DNA of 48,658 nucleotides, taken from NCBI GenBank assembly GCA_050633305.1, contig JBOEGF010000067.1, forward strand, positions 1 through 48,658, in the 5' to 3' direction. The stretch comes from Nannocystales bacterium (GTDB lineage Bacteria > Myxococcota_A > Polyangia > Nannocystales > Nannocystaceae). Every line of letters starts with the position of its first letter. Position 1 is the stretch's first letter. Under the pieces are notes generated by a model. It saw only the letters and a program-made list of their open reading frames with translations. It was not told where the DNA came from and did not search any database. Positions 38,287-47,693 of this stretch are shown here, piece by piece. Position numbers and translations under genes: made by a program.

Positions 38287-39183
38287 GTGGTCGAGGAACT
38301 GCGTCGCCTGTGTGCAGCCGAGTTCGGTGTCGACGCGAGCTCCGACGATGTCGTTGCTTCGGTGGAGCGTCTGGCCGAGCGCGCGCGGAGGCAGCACGGA
38401 GTGCGCATTCCGGCGGCGACTTTCGTGCCGCGATGGGCGGCGTCGCTCCGGCATGCGCGCACGCAGGACGACAACGCGATGCTGAGCGCCGTCGCGACCG
38501 ATGACGTGTATCTGACGGCAGGTGTCCTCGCAGGACAGAGCGATGCCGTCGAGACGTATCGAGCGCTCATCGGGCCGGACCTCGACCGTGTCGTGCGGAG
38601 GCTGTTGCCCGAGAACGAGCGCGTGGAGGCACGACAAGAGCTCGAGACCCGCATCCTCGTGGGCGACGACTCGCGGGGCCCGGCGCTCGAGCAGTACCGT
38701 GGATCGGGCGGCGTGCGAGCCTGGAGTCGAGCTGTCGCCACGCGGGCGGTCATCGACATGCGGCGACGCCGAGACCGGCGGCCCCAGGTTCTGCCGTGGG
38801 TCGACGAGCAAGGCGAGGAGGCGGGCGACACCGACTTTGCGCTGGCGGTCGGCGAGCACGTCGCCGCTGTCCGGGACGCAATGCGAGGGGCGTTTGCGAA
38901 GCTGTCGGTGCGCCAGCGAAACCTGATCCGTCAAAGCGTCCTTCATCGCATGACGATCGATGAACTCGGCGCGCTGTACGGCGCCCATCGAGCGACCACC
39001 GCTCGATGGGTACAGCGGGCGCGGGCCGATCTGTCTCGGCATCTCGAAGAGAACTTCGCCGAGCGCGTGGGCGCCACACCGTCCGCGGCGGCGAGCCTGC
39101 TGCGTTCCCTGCGGAGCAAAGCCGACGTCAGCATTCGCAGCTTCCTGCCCTCGGCCCTCGAGTCGGAACACGAAGACGCCTGA
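38287..39183 (+). CDS. Myxococcales-type ECF sigma-70-like factor
   Basis: DVYL..G...G...A, L.QYRG.G....W, LSVRQRNLIR..., TIDELGALYGAHRATTARW (region-4 HTH). Start at GTG38287 or TTG38248. Confidence 0.8.
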   Translation: MVEELRRLCAAEFGVDASSDDVVASVERLAERARRQHGVRIPAATFVPRWAASLRHARTQDDNAMLSAVATDDVYLTAGVLAGQSDAVETYRALIGPDLDRVVRRLLPENERVEARQELETRILVGDDSRGPALEQYRGSGGVRAWSRAVATRAVIDMRRRRDRRPQVLPWVDEQGEEAGDTDFALAVGEHVAAVRDAMRGAFAKLSVRQRNLIRQSVLHRMTIDELGALYGAHRATTARWVQRARADLSRHLEENFAERVGATPSAAASLLRSLRSKADVSIRSFLPSALESEHEDA

Positions 39184-39386
39184 AGCGCGATTTCCTCGTG
39201 CGACTTCCCGAGCTTCGGGCGTCCATGAAGAGTGAGAGGTCTGCCGAAACGCCATGCGTATGCCGAGTCGCACCCGCAAGACGGGGCGGCGCCGCTGGGG
39301 TCGCGCACGCACCTTGTGAGAAACGTCACCTTCGGGACTTCTGAGCGGTGCTGCGACAACATCGGAGTCGGTCGTCACTACCGTCG

Positions 39387-39977
39387 ATGACCCCAGCGCC
39401 GTGGATCCAACGCACCGCTCTCGCCCTCACCCTGGTCGCCTTCGGTTGTGACTCCGCCGATGACGCAAAGACCAAGGCCGCGGCCAGCGACAAGAAGCCG
39501 GCCGCGTCCAAGGACAAAGCAGCGGCCAAAGCCGAGTCTGCCAAAGCAGAGCCTGCCAAAGCAAAGCCCCCGAAAGCGGAGCCCAAGGCGGAGCCGGAGC
39601 CCGCGAAGGGCACGGTTGTGCTCGAGGAGGCTGAGCTCGAGGGCCTTGGCAAGATCAAGATGCCCAAGGGCTACAAGAAGCTTCACGAGAAGGGGTGGAA
39701 GTACGACCTGGGCGACTTCAAGAGCATCAGCGTCTCGTGGGAACCCCACGGCGCGAAGAGCCTCAAGGAAGCCAAGAAACTGTCCAAGGTGCTGGCCAAC
39801 GCGCCGACAGAGAAGACGGCAGAGACCCTCGAGAGCGGCTATCACGAGATCGAGCGGGTTCGAGACTCCGACGGGTTTTCTTTCGTCGCTGTGTTTTCCG
39901 ACAGCTGGTACGTGAAGTGCTCGGCCCCCCTCGACGCGATGGAGCACTGCCGAGACATCGTCCGCTCGAAAGAGTGA
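39387..39977 (+). CDS. Hypothetical lipoprotein with Lys/Ala/Pro-rich linker
   Basis: Lipobox VAFGC; KAE(P/S)AK repeats; small C-terminal domain with two Cys. Confidence 0.75.
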   Translation: MTPAPWIQRTALALTLVAFGCDSADDAKTKAAASDKKPAASKDKAAAKAESAKAEPAKAKPPKAEPKAEPEPAKGTVVLEEAELEGLGKIKMPKGYKKLHEKGWKYDLGDFKSISVSWEPHGAKSLKEAKKLSKVLANAPTEKTAETLESGYHEIERVRDSDGFSFVAVFSDSWYVKCSAPLDAMEHCRDIVRSKE

Positions 39978-40526
39978 ACTCCCCGGGGTTCGTACCCGGA
40001 AGCTCATCGTACCGCTTGCCCAGCTATCGGCGTGGGGGAGCCGATCGTGCGCGGCGGTGCTGCGCCCGCTTGAATCCCTCGCAACCCTGGCCGCGCCCTA
40101 TCCTCAACGATGCTCGGGGGCAGTTTCGACAACGTTCGTGGCGGATTCGAGGTCGCCTATGCTCAAACCGTGGTCTTGCCCCTTATCCGCACAGCCGTGT
40201 CTCTCAGCGTCGCGTCGGCGGGTTGTCGGCGACTTCACCACCGTGGTCGGGCTACTTCGTGCTCATACACGTGGAGGGGCGGCCCGAGCCGTTCGTCGCG
40301 AGCGTGGTTGTCGCGGGGGGGGGGCTACGCCTCAACCCCCGTGCTCCGTCCGCGTTGGGGATCGCGGACTGCGAGGGGTCACTGGACGTCGACAACATCG
40401 CGGAGCTCGGCCCGTGGGACGCAATGTGGGACGCGATGACCGCCCTCGTTGGGCCAACCGCCTCGAAGGAGTACCAGGCAGCACCGACTTCTCGTCCGTG
40501 AAGAATTCGTGTCCCGTGGGGCCCGG

Positions 40527-41750
40527 TCAGAACTCCTCCGTACACAGAACGAAGTCCTCCGGGGCCAGCTGCCCGCCGTCCCTCGGGCTCCCCGCCGATC
40601 GCATCCACTCGATGTCGGCCTCGGGACACCGAAGTCGATGGATCGACTCTATCGTGTCCCCCTCGCTGGGCCGAATCACCAGGAGCCTCAGCCCCGGCGA
40701 CGAACCCCACATGGAGCGCAGCTTCGCCTCGGCCTCCTCCACGGTGGTATCCGGGCCTCCTTGGTAGGTCATCTGCCGCCAGGCTCCGCTTGGACTCTCG
40801 ACCGCTGCGTGGACGACGACTGCGCCTTGGCTAGGGTCCGGGCGCAAGTACAACGAGTGCGCCTCGATTGTGGCAGCCAACTCCCCGGGCGACTTGGGGG
40901 GAAGATCGCTCCGTGCTGAAATCGAAAGGCGATCCCCGGTCGCATCGTGATAAGCGAGCAGCGGCTCGCACGGCGAGGCCGTGGATGCTTCGACATGCCA
41001 GCTCTCGAGTCCCACCAGAGCGACGCCGGGCGTTTTGAGAACCGCGCCGTGTAAGCTGTCGGCGAGGCGATCGGGTCCCGACCGTCCCTCTCTCCTCGGC
41101 GTCGCTTCGAGGAACTCGATCCGCCGAGCGAGCTCCTCAGCGCTGTGTGGCGGAAGATAGCTCCCGAGCATCGCGAGAACCCGGGGAAGGGCGGCCGTGT
41201 CGTAGCCGCTACGTGCGAGCAGTTCGACAGCGATCGCGTCCGCTTCCACCTCGTCCTCGAACGGGCTGTTGGACACGGGACCGCCTTCGAACACGGCCGC
41301 GAGCGATTCTCGACCATGGCCCGCGAGCTCGTGTCCCATTTCATGGGCCAACACGGCCGCGAGCTCTGCCTCGGATCGGACTCGATGCAAGAGGCCGACT
41401 GCGACGTAGACGAAAGACCCCGGCAGACCGAAAGCGCTTGGCCGGTGCTCATCGACCAAGCGAAATTTCCAGTCTCCGCCCGTCCGGGCCGCGAGGCGAC
41501 CACCCACTGACGCTACGTATTTCCGGAGCTGGGGGTCGGGACTCGGCGAGACGCAGGACATCACCGCCGAGTCGAGAAGCGAGCCGAGCGTGCTCCCGCC
41601 CGCCGGAGGCTCAGGCGATGACTCCTGGTCTTGCGCGGTCGGTGGAACGGCGGGAACCGAGGCGCCCGCGCATCCGGAAACTGCCAGGGACAGCAGCGCG
41701 GCTGCGCCCGTCCGGAGCTTGTATCGACCGATAGGAGACCGACCCGTCAT
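40527..41750 (-). CDS. M48 family metallopeptidase lipoprotein (BepA-like) with degenerate LysM-like C-terminus
   Basis: Lipobox VSGC; SAFGLPG, EAELAAVLAHEMGH, EVEAD, GYD; C-terminal GDTIESI. Start at ATG41750 or 41768. Confidence 0.8.
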   Translation of the reverse strand: MTGRSPIGRYKLRTGAAALLSLAVSGCAGASVPAVPPTAQDQESSPEPPAGGSTLGSLLDSAVMSCVSPSPDPQLRKYVASVGGRLAARTGGDWKFRLVDEHRPSAFGLPGSFVYVAVGLLHRVRSEAELAAVLAHEMGHELAGHGRESLAAVFEGGPVSNSPFEDEVEADAIAVELLARSGYDTAALPRVLAMLGSYLPPHSAEELARRIEFLEATPRREGRSGPDRLADSLHGAVLKTPGVALVGLESWHVEASTASPCEPLLAYHDATGDRLSISARSDLPPKSPGELAATIEAHSLYLRPDPSQGAVVVHAAVESPSGAWRQMTYQGGPDTTVEEAEAKLRSMWGSSPGLRLLVIRPSEGDTIESIHRLRCPEADIEWMRSAGSPRDGGQLAPEDFVLCTEEF

Positions 41751-42461
41751 GGTCGCGTCAACAACCATACCAGCCGAAGTCTGCCTGCCGGCCCGCATGG
41801 GCCGAGATTTCTCCGTATCAGGCATACCACCCCCAGTCCTTCCCTTGCTCCCCGTCCGAAGCTCGCGTTGTCGTGCACGCCGAGGCGGCACAGCCGCACG
41901 GCAGGGGCAGCCTTGCATGAGTCGCGCAGCGTTCGTGGCATCGCGTCGACAGCGAGTCCGTACTCGCTCGACATGCACACCCAGGGATTGCGTACGTGCT
42001 GACACGGGGGGCGCGGAGCGGCGGCTCTTTTCTTCGGCCGTCGGCCTCCCCAAGTTGTTGCGACATCGGCTTCGGCCGGGTGTCCGGAATGACAACGCGC
42101 GAATGGGCGAGATTGTGCTGGGACTGGACTGTGATTGAGGTGAGCCCACATCGCATTCCAGACTTCCGCTGCAGCCCCTCACCGCACAACAGTAGGCCTG
42201 TCTCATGAATGCCACCACCCGCCAGGAAAGAGCACAGCTGATGCGACGCCGTTCTTCGACACGTTTGTCGCCTGCGATTCACGACGCGTCGCGTACCGCG
42301 GACGCAACCTCTCTCGCCCGACCATCGCGCGTCCCTGGAGCAGGCCGAGACCGCGGGCCCTTCATTCCCGTTGTGGGAAACCGGCCGCGAGAAGAGGAGG
42401 GCCGGGGGCGGGTCAGGCCATATGTGGAGGTGCCGTTCACTCGAATGCGTAGAGGTCGGAG

Positions 42462-42839
42462 ATGCTAGTTATCAGCGATCAACAGATGGACGCGCTGTCC
42501 GTCTCGAGGCTGCGACAGGGGCTTCCGTCTCTGCTGGAGCAGTGCTTCCCTGACGAATGCGCGACCCTGGGGCGCGCGCTCGTGACTGCGCGGGTCCGAG
42601 CCGCGGTCACACGGGCAACGTTGCACGGGTTCACGGCTCCCGAACATGTGACGAAGTTCGTCTGCATGACGTTCCTCGCAGGCGCTCGCTTCGATGAGGA
42701 CCGCGCTCTCGTTTGGGCGGTACGTGCGGTTGCTGCCGGACGCCATCGCACCGCCGACGCGAGGATGCAGGCACTCGAGGACGGGCTCAACGAGCACCTT
42801 GCGACACGTTCGGGAGGAGGCCGGCGTGCCGCTGTCTGA
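42462..42839 (+). CDS. Small helical protein resembling the C-terminal extension of DUF4123 T6SS adaptor proteins
   Basis: Pattern ML.I...QMDAL...FP...G...RA..HG......F......G.RFD.D, recalled from T6SS-linked proteins; overlaps the next gene by 14 nt. Confidence 0.5.
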   Translation: MLVISDQQMDALSVSRLRQGLPSLLEQCFPDECATLGRALVTARVRAAVTRATLHGFTAPEHVTKFVCMTFLAGARFDEDRALVWAVRAVAAGRHRTADARMQALEDGLNEHLATRSGGGRRAAV

Positions 42840-45378
42840 CTATCTTCCCAACCTCGGCTCGGTCAAGACCTACGCTGTTCAGACCTGCTTTGCCCGCTAT
42901 GCCGTTCAGGCGAGACTCGATGTGGGAGATGGCGATGTGTTGCTCGAAAGTCCGGTCCCCACACACCCACACCGGCTGAGGATCCGGCCGCATATCGTCT
43001 ATCGCTATGGCGGAGGTACGGTGAGTAACTTCGACGGGACGGCGGTCATCAGTTGCAGTCACGCAGGAAACGTCACCCTTTACAACGCCGCGCAGGGCGG
43101 GGCGGTGGTCGCCTGGGGCTCGGATGTCCTCGCGGTCTCGAATGCCGGGACACCGCTGTTCGTAGAGGGCGTGACGCAGGGGGGGGCGAGAATCACGCTG
43201 ACGCTCGGCGCGACGGGCAACACCCCGGTTCATCAGGCCACCGCGGCGGGAGACGTTGACGTTGTCGACTTCACCCTGGAGATCACCGCCACGGACGGGA
43301 CAACGCCACCCAAGTCGGTTCTGCTGGCTGCAGACGCGAAGTTCCGTGCAGCGTTGACGGGGGGATCGGGTGGCACGACCTACCTTTGGTCGATCCGGGG
43401 CGATACTCGAGGGCTAAGCTACCAAGGCGGCTCCCGAAAGAAGAAGAGTCGCGAGGTGCGCCTCGCGACCACGTACAGGAGCGACATCAAGAACGACCGG
43501 TCTGTGCAGGTGAAGACCACCAGCCGAGGCCGCTCTCTGGTGAAAACACACGACTACACGATCGTCGATCCTGCGCTGCGAGCGGCAGACGGGGGGGACC
43601 CCATCACGTCGATCCTCGTGGGTCAGACTCGGGAGTACAAGGTCGTTGTGACGCCTAGCGACTCGGACCTCGCAGGCATCGCGTACGAGTTTGCGGATGG
43701 TGGCGACCCACTGGACTGCGAGGCGAGGGTCGATGCTGCAGAGATTGTCGTCGTCAAGGGCAAGGCCGCCTCAGATGCGGGAAAGGTCGCTGCTAAGACG
43801 ACTCTTGGGGGGAGCTCGAAGACTGTCGAGCTGGAACTCGACGTCGTTGAGCTGGCCACATCTCCGCAGATCATCCCCTTGCTGTACACGGATGCGGCCA
43901 CGTGCAGGTTCAAAGTCGCGAACACTCATGAAGGCGACACCCACGCCTATGCGTGGACAGCCTCGGGCAAAGGAAGCATTGAGGGCACGAGCACCGGAGA
44001 ATCCGTCAAGATCAAGACGGATGCGTCGGGACCAGGCGTGGCGGTCGCCAAGCTGAAGTACAAGCCCAACGGCGGGGACGAAATCTCAGCGAGCGGTCGG
44101 GTTGTGTTCCTCCGTCTGGGCCTGACCAAGATTCGCACACAGAGCGACAACACATGGACGACCTACACCGCTGGCAACGGGCCCGGAGACAGACCCTTTG
44201 AGGTCTTGCTCGCGCTCTCGAGCGACCCTGCGCCTTGGAACGTGGGTCGCCTCGACGCGTTCGCGAGGCGAGAGCCCGAGAACGTCATGCACGGAACCTA
44301 CGAGCACCTGGGGACCACGTCGTGGACTCCGCCACGCAATGGCCATGTCCGCGCGGCGGGGGCTCAACCCGACGACCATGGAGAGGACGAACCCCAGGTC
44401 AGGCTTCTCGCACTTCCCAAGGCGCGCAACCTGGGGCCTCCGGCCGATCCGGGCTACACGGATGAAACGGTCGAATATGCATACAAGATGAACAGCTACC
44501 TGCCCGACACGCGCACGGCCACAGCCAGGGCCGAGTTCAATGTCCGCGTGCACAGGTTCGGGTGCTCGTCCGTACGATGGCGCCGCAGAGGAGGGGGCGT
44601 CAGCTGGGACGATCGCATCCAACAGTGCACCCATCATGTCGATGGAGGACAACACTGGCATGGGCAAGGCCCCACATGGATGGCGGGCACGCACGGGCGG
44701 CTGCGAGGCGACCGCGACATCACCGCGCCCGGCGGCCACCAACACGGCGGTCGCTGCCATTGGTGCTCGGGTGCAGCAGGCGAAGGCGTGTCCGCCTGTC
44801 CGCGCACGGTTTGGCACTACGTCGAGCCGAGCGCGACGGTTCTGACGCGAGCCCGTTTGGTGGCGAATGCGCTGCGGACCTTCGCCCGCGGTGGGACACC
44901 CGCACCCAATGCTGCCTACAATGCGCTCCTCACGGCGGGCGCGCGGGCTCACATCAACCGCAGGAAAGGGAGGATGCTCGCCGTGCTGCTAGACAGCACA
45001 GGCAGCTACACCTACGCGCTGTCGGGGGCCTGGGATGCAGACGGGCCCTGGAAACCCAAGATCCCGGGACTTGACTCGCGGGATACCTCTCGCACCTTCG
45101 AGGGCTACTCGCGAAGCTCGGTCACGTACCGCAACGTGCGGGCTCCGTTCAACACGGCTCCGTTCGACAGTTTCGGACGCACGGGTCGATGTGCCGCACC
45201 TGCGGTTCTGTACGCGGCCAAGCTGGCAGGCCTTCACGACATCAGGATGCACGAAGTCTGGGTCTCTAGAACCGATGACCCCAACGAGGGACACTTCAAC
45301 CATGGCCACGAGATCGCGTCCTGCCAGTACTGCCGTCGAATTCTAGGCGCGATGTTGTGTGAACATGGTGCGCGGTAG
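42826..45378 (+). CDS. Putative polymorphic toxin: beta-rich Ig/PKD-like stalk, His/Cys-rich segment, C-terminal deaminase-fold-like domain
   Basis: GTG42826 with GGAGGAGG RBS; no signal peptide; repeated Y.W-containing beta modules; C-terminal GRMLAVL...ALSG...CAAP...MHE.W...SCQYC; followed by a SUKH gene. Confidence 0.65.
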   Translation: MPLSDYLPNLGSVKTYAVQTCFARYAVQARLDVGDGDVLLESPVPTHPHRLRIRPHIVYRYGGGTVSNFDGTAVISCSHAGNVTLYNAAQGGAVVAWGSDVLAVSNAGTPLFVEGVTQGGARITLTLGATGNTPVHQATAAGDVDVVDFTLEITATDGTTPPKSVLLAADAKFRAALTGGSGGTTYLWSIRGDTRGLSYQGGSRKKKSREVRLATTYRSDIKNDRSVQVKTTSRGRSLVKTHDYTIVDPALRAADGGDPITSILVGQTREYKVVVTPSDSDLAGIAYEFADGGDPLDCEARVDAAEIVVVKGKAASDAGKVAAKTTLGGSSKTVELELDVVELATSPQIIPLLYTDAATCRFKVANTHEGDTHAYAWTASGKGSIEGTSTGESVKIKTDASGPGVAVAKLKYKPNGGDEISASGRVVFLRLGLTKIRTQSDNTWTTYTAGNGPGDRPFEVLLALSSDPAPWNVGRLDAFARREPENVMHGTYEHLGTTSWTPPRNGHVRAAGAQPDDHGEDEPQVRLLALPKARNLGPPADPGYTDETVEYAYKMNSYLPDTRTATARAEFNVRVHRFGCSSVRWRRRGGGVSWDDRIQQCTHHVDGGQHWHGQGPTWMAGTHGRLRGDRDITAPGGHQHGGRCHWCSGAAGEGVSACPRTVWHYVEPSATVLTRARLVANALRTFARGGTPAPNAAYNALLTAGARAHINRRKGRMLAVLLDSTGSYTYALSGAWDADGPWKPKIPGLDSRDTSRTFEGYSRSSVTYRNVRAPFNTAPFDSFGRTGRCAAPAVLYAAKLAGLHDIRMHEVWVSRTDDPNEGHFNHGHEIASCQYCRRILGAMLCEHGAR

Positions 45379-45401
45379 CGATTCGGATTGAGGGGTCCCC
45401 G

Positions 45402-46139
45402 ATGGATGAGATCGACGAAATTATCGCGTACTGCACCAGGATCGAGCCCGGGTTCCCGCAGGGCTTGCACGGGAGCTCTGCGGCGGATATCGCCGCGTTG
45501 GAACAGGCGCTGGGGAAGCCATGTTCGCCTCTGTACCGCAAGTTCTTGTCGACGATGGGCGATGGGATCGACGCCTTGCAGATGGGGAGCTACAGCACGC
45601 GGCCAGCGGAACTCGCGGACCGTGGTGCCGACCAACTCCGCGGCTTGGTCGATGGCGTGGAGCTGTTCGCGGTCTCGGATCTGGACGACGAGGACATCTT
45701 CTTGGTCGCTAGAGAGCCTCGCGAGACGTTGATCGTCGCGCACGCGTCCTCCAACGCCCACACTCCACCATTCGACGCCGAGCAAGGGGGCATCGTCGCG
45801 GGGTCACTGTCGCAGCTCGTGTGCCTCCCCGTATTCAGTCGTGTCCGTGTCTTGCCCCTGCGCTACCGCGCGGAGTTCGTGGCCACGGAGGTGGGTCCAG
45901 ACTACCTGGTCCATCTGAGTCGTGTCGCAGCTGACGTGGGCGCCAAGGCGGCCTGGTTCAGTGACAGCACCGCGTACGTCGGTGAAGTTGAATCGGTTGT
46001 CATCGTCGGCAAGCAGTCACCCACGTCGTACTTCTCGCTGGGAGTCGCTGCGGACGACGCTTGGTCGTGCGTCGCAGTCCTGGCCGCGTTGGCGCGCGCG
46101 TTCGACGAAGCCCAGCTCGGGCTCGACCGTACACGATAG
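45402..46139 (+). CDS. SMI1/KNR4 (SUKH) family immunity protein
   Basis: GSSAADIAALEQALGKPCSPLYRKFLSTMG is the SUKH N-terminal signature; SLSQL near the domain end; extra C-terminal domain. Confidence 0.8.
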   Translation: MDEIDEIIAYCTRIEPGFPQGLHGSSAADIAALEQALGKPCSPLYRKFLSTMGDGIDALQMGSYSTRPAELADRGADQLRGLVDGVELFAVSDLDDEDIFLVAREPRETLIVAHASSNAHTPPFDAEQGGIVAGSLSQLVCLPVFSRVRVLPLRYRAEFVATEVGPDYLVHLSRVAADVGAKAAWFSDSTAYVGEVESVVIVGKQSPTSYFSLGVAADDAWSCVAVLAALARAFDEAQLGLDRTR

Positions 46140-46178
46140 TCGCCGCATCGGGTTCCTCATCCGGGCTAGGGACGCCCT

Positions 46179-47591
46179 CTAGGGGAACGCGTAGCGGCGG
46201 ACGAAGACATTGTCGTCCTCGCCGATCACCTCTTCGAATCCAACGACGAAAAGAGTCCCGTCGGGTCCAAATGCGAGGTCCCGACCCACGTCGTTGAGGC
46301 CCGACTCGTGGCCGTAGGTGTCGGTCCAGATCGGATCCCCCTGCGTCGTCCAGGCGGCGACGAACACATTGAACTGCTCGCCGACCACACCGATACCGCC
46401 TGCGGCCGCGACTCCACCCTCGAACGCGCGAATTCCATAGATCACATCGAATCCGGGGGTGGTGTCCGTGAAGACAACGTCATCCAGGGTCGGGGTCCGC
46501 CGCTGGATCCAACGAATCCCGCCCGCTGTCACACCGTCGGCGTCGACATCGAGCGCGAACACTTGGTCGGGAAGCGCGGTTTCGATGGCGAGAGGCTCGC
46601 CCTCTGGCGAGAGTCGGCCCAGGATCCCTCCCTCCGACCCAGGGGCTTCGGAGGAGAGTCCACCGAAGACCACATCGCCATTGGGGGCGAGGGCCAACTT
46701 GCGGGGAAAGTCATCGTCGTGGCCCGCACCCGTATACAGCCACGACCACAGCTCGGCTCCGTCGGCGTCGTACTTCGAGATGCGGATGTCGGTGCCCTCG
46801 TCAGGTTCACGGGAGCTGTAGGCAGCATAGACCTGTCCTTCGTCGTTCACGGCGACATCGTGTGCATAGTCCCGGTTGGCGATTTCGCTGCCCTCGTCGG
46901 GACCGTCGTGGGTCAGGCTCCACACGGGCGCAATCCCCGGGTCGAGGGGTGGATCGGGGAAGTCGAAGCGAGCGAGTGTTCCGTCCTGCTCCTCACCGAC
47001 GGTAAGCGCACCGGTCACGAGGATGTCACCCGTGGGGTGCAGTGCGATGGCGCTGAGGGTGTGCTCTTCGGCGAGTGCCGGGTGCCACGCGGGCATGAAG
47101 CCGGAGTCGGGTGCGTAGGCGAGCACGAGCGGGGCGACGGTGAGCGTCCCCTGACCGCGCACTCCGCCTGCCATCCACGCGACCCCATCATCATCGACGA
47201 CGACTTCGAACACCCCTTCAGTTCCACTGTGAAAGCTGCTGGTCCCGAGCACTTCGAAGGCGATTCGACAGTCGAAACGGCACGCGTCTCCGTCTTCGGT
47301 GTTGCCGTCGTCGCAGGTCTCGGTGCCTTCGACCACCCCGTCACCACAGACGGACGCGCCCGCGGACGAGGAGCTCCCGTCGCCGCCGGACGTACCGTCT
47401 TCGGTGTCCGGTAGCCCGGTGGAGGACGTCGACTCGTTCCCTGCTCCCGTCGTCGATGGCGGAAGACTGGAGCTCCCGGTGGTCGGTTCGCCAGAAGAGG
47501 AGTCGTCGTCCCCAGTCGCGGTGGGGACAGCGGATTCGGAGCAGCCAGCGAGGAGGAGAAGAGTGCACAGAAGCGGGCGCGGCAAGGTCAC
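46179..47591 (-). CDS. Lipoprotein with Myxococcus Cys-rich repeat (DUF4215-like) and beta-propeller-like domain
   Basis: Lipobox LAGC; S/T/G linker; CGDGVVEGTETCDDGN...DACRFDC; propeller-like repeats. Confidence 0.78.
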   Translation of the reverse strand: MTLPRPLLCTLLLLAGCSESAVPTATGDDDSSSGEPTTGSSSLPPSTTGAGNESTSSTGLPDTEDGTSGGDGSSSSAGASVCGDGVVEGTETCDDGNTEDGDACRFDCRIAFEVLGTSSFHSGTEGVFEVVVDDDGVAWMAGGVRGQGTLTVAPLVLAYAPDSGFMPAWHPALAEEHTLSAIALHPTGDILVTGALTVGEEQDGTLARFDFPDPPLDPGIAPVWSLTHDGPDEGSEIANRDYAHDVAVNDEGQVYAAYSSREPDEGTDIRISKYDADGAELWSWLYTGAGHDDDFPRKLALAPNGDVVFGGLSSEAPGSEGGILGRLSPEGEPLAIETALPDQVFALDVDADGVTAGGIRWIQRRTPTLDDVVFTDTTPGFDVIYGIRAFEGGVAAAGGIGVVGEQFNVFVAAWTTQGDPIWTDTYGHESGLNDVGRDLAFGPDGTLFVVGFEEVIGEDDNVFVRRYAFP

Positions 47592-47693
47592 GCGGCACCC
47601 AACGTCGAAGCGCGGGCTCCGCTTTCACCAATTCCGTCCCAAAGCACGCCGCGCGATGGATTCACCGCAAAACGAAGAAACCTGACCTGGGTG

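Noticed and set aside
41770..42460. Riboswitch or small gene in the ~700-bp spacer before the second toxin cassette
   Set aside because: Only a short hairpin near 42016-42033 and Arg-rich ORFs; no riboswitch consensus or convincing coding signal.
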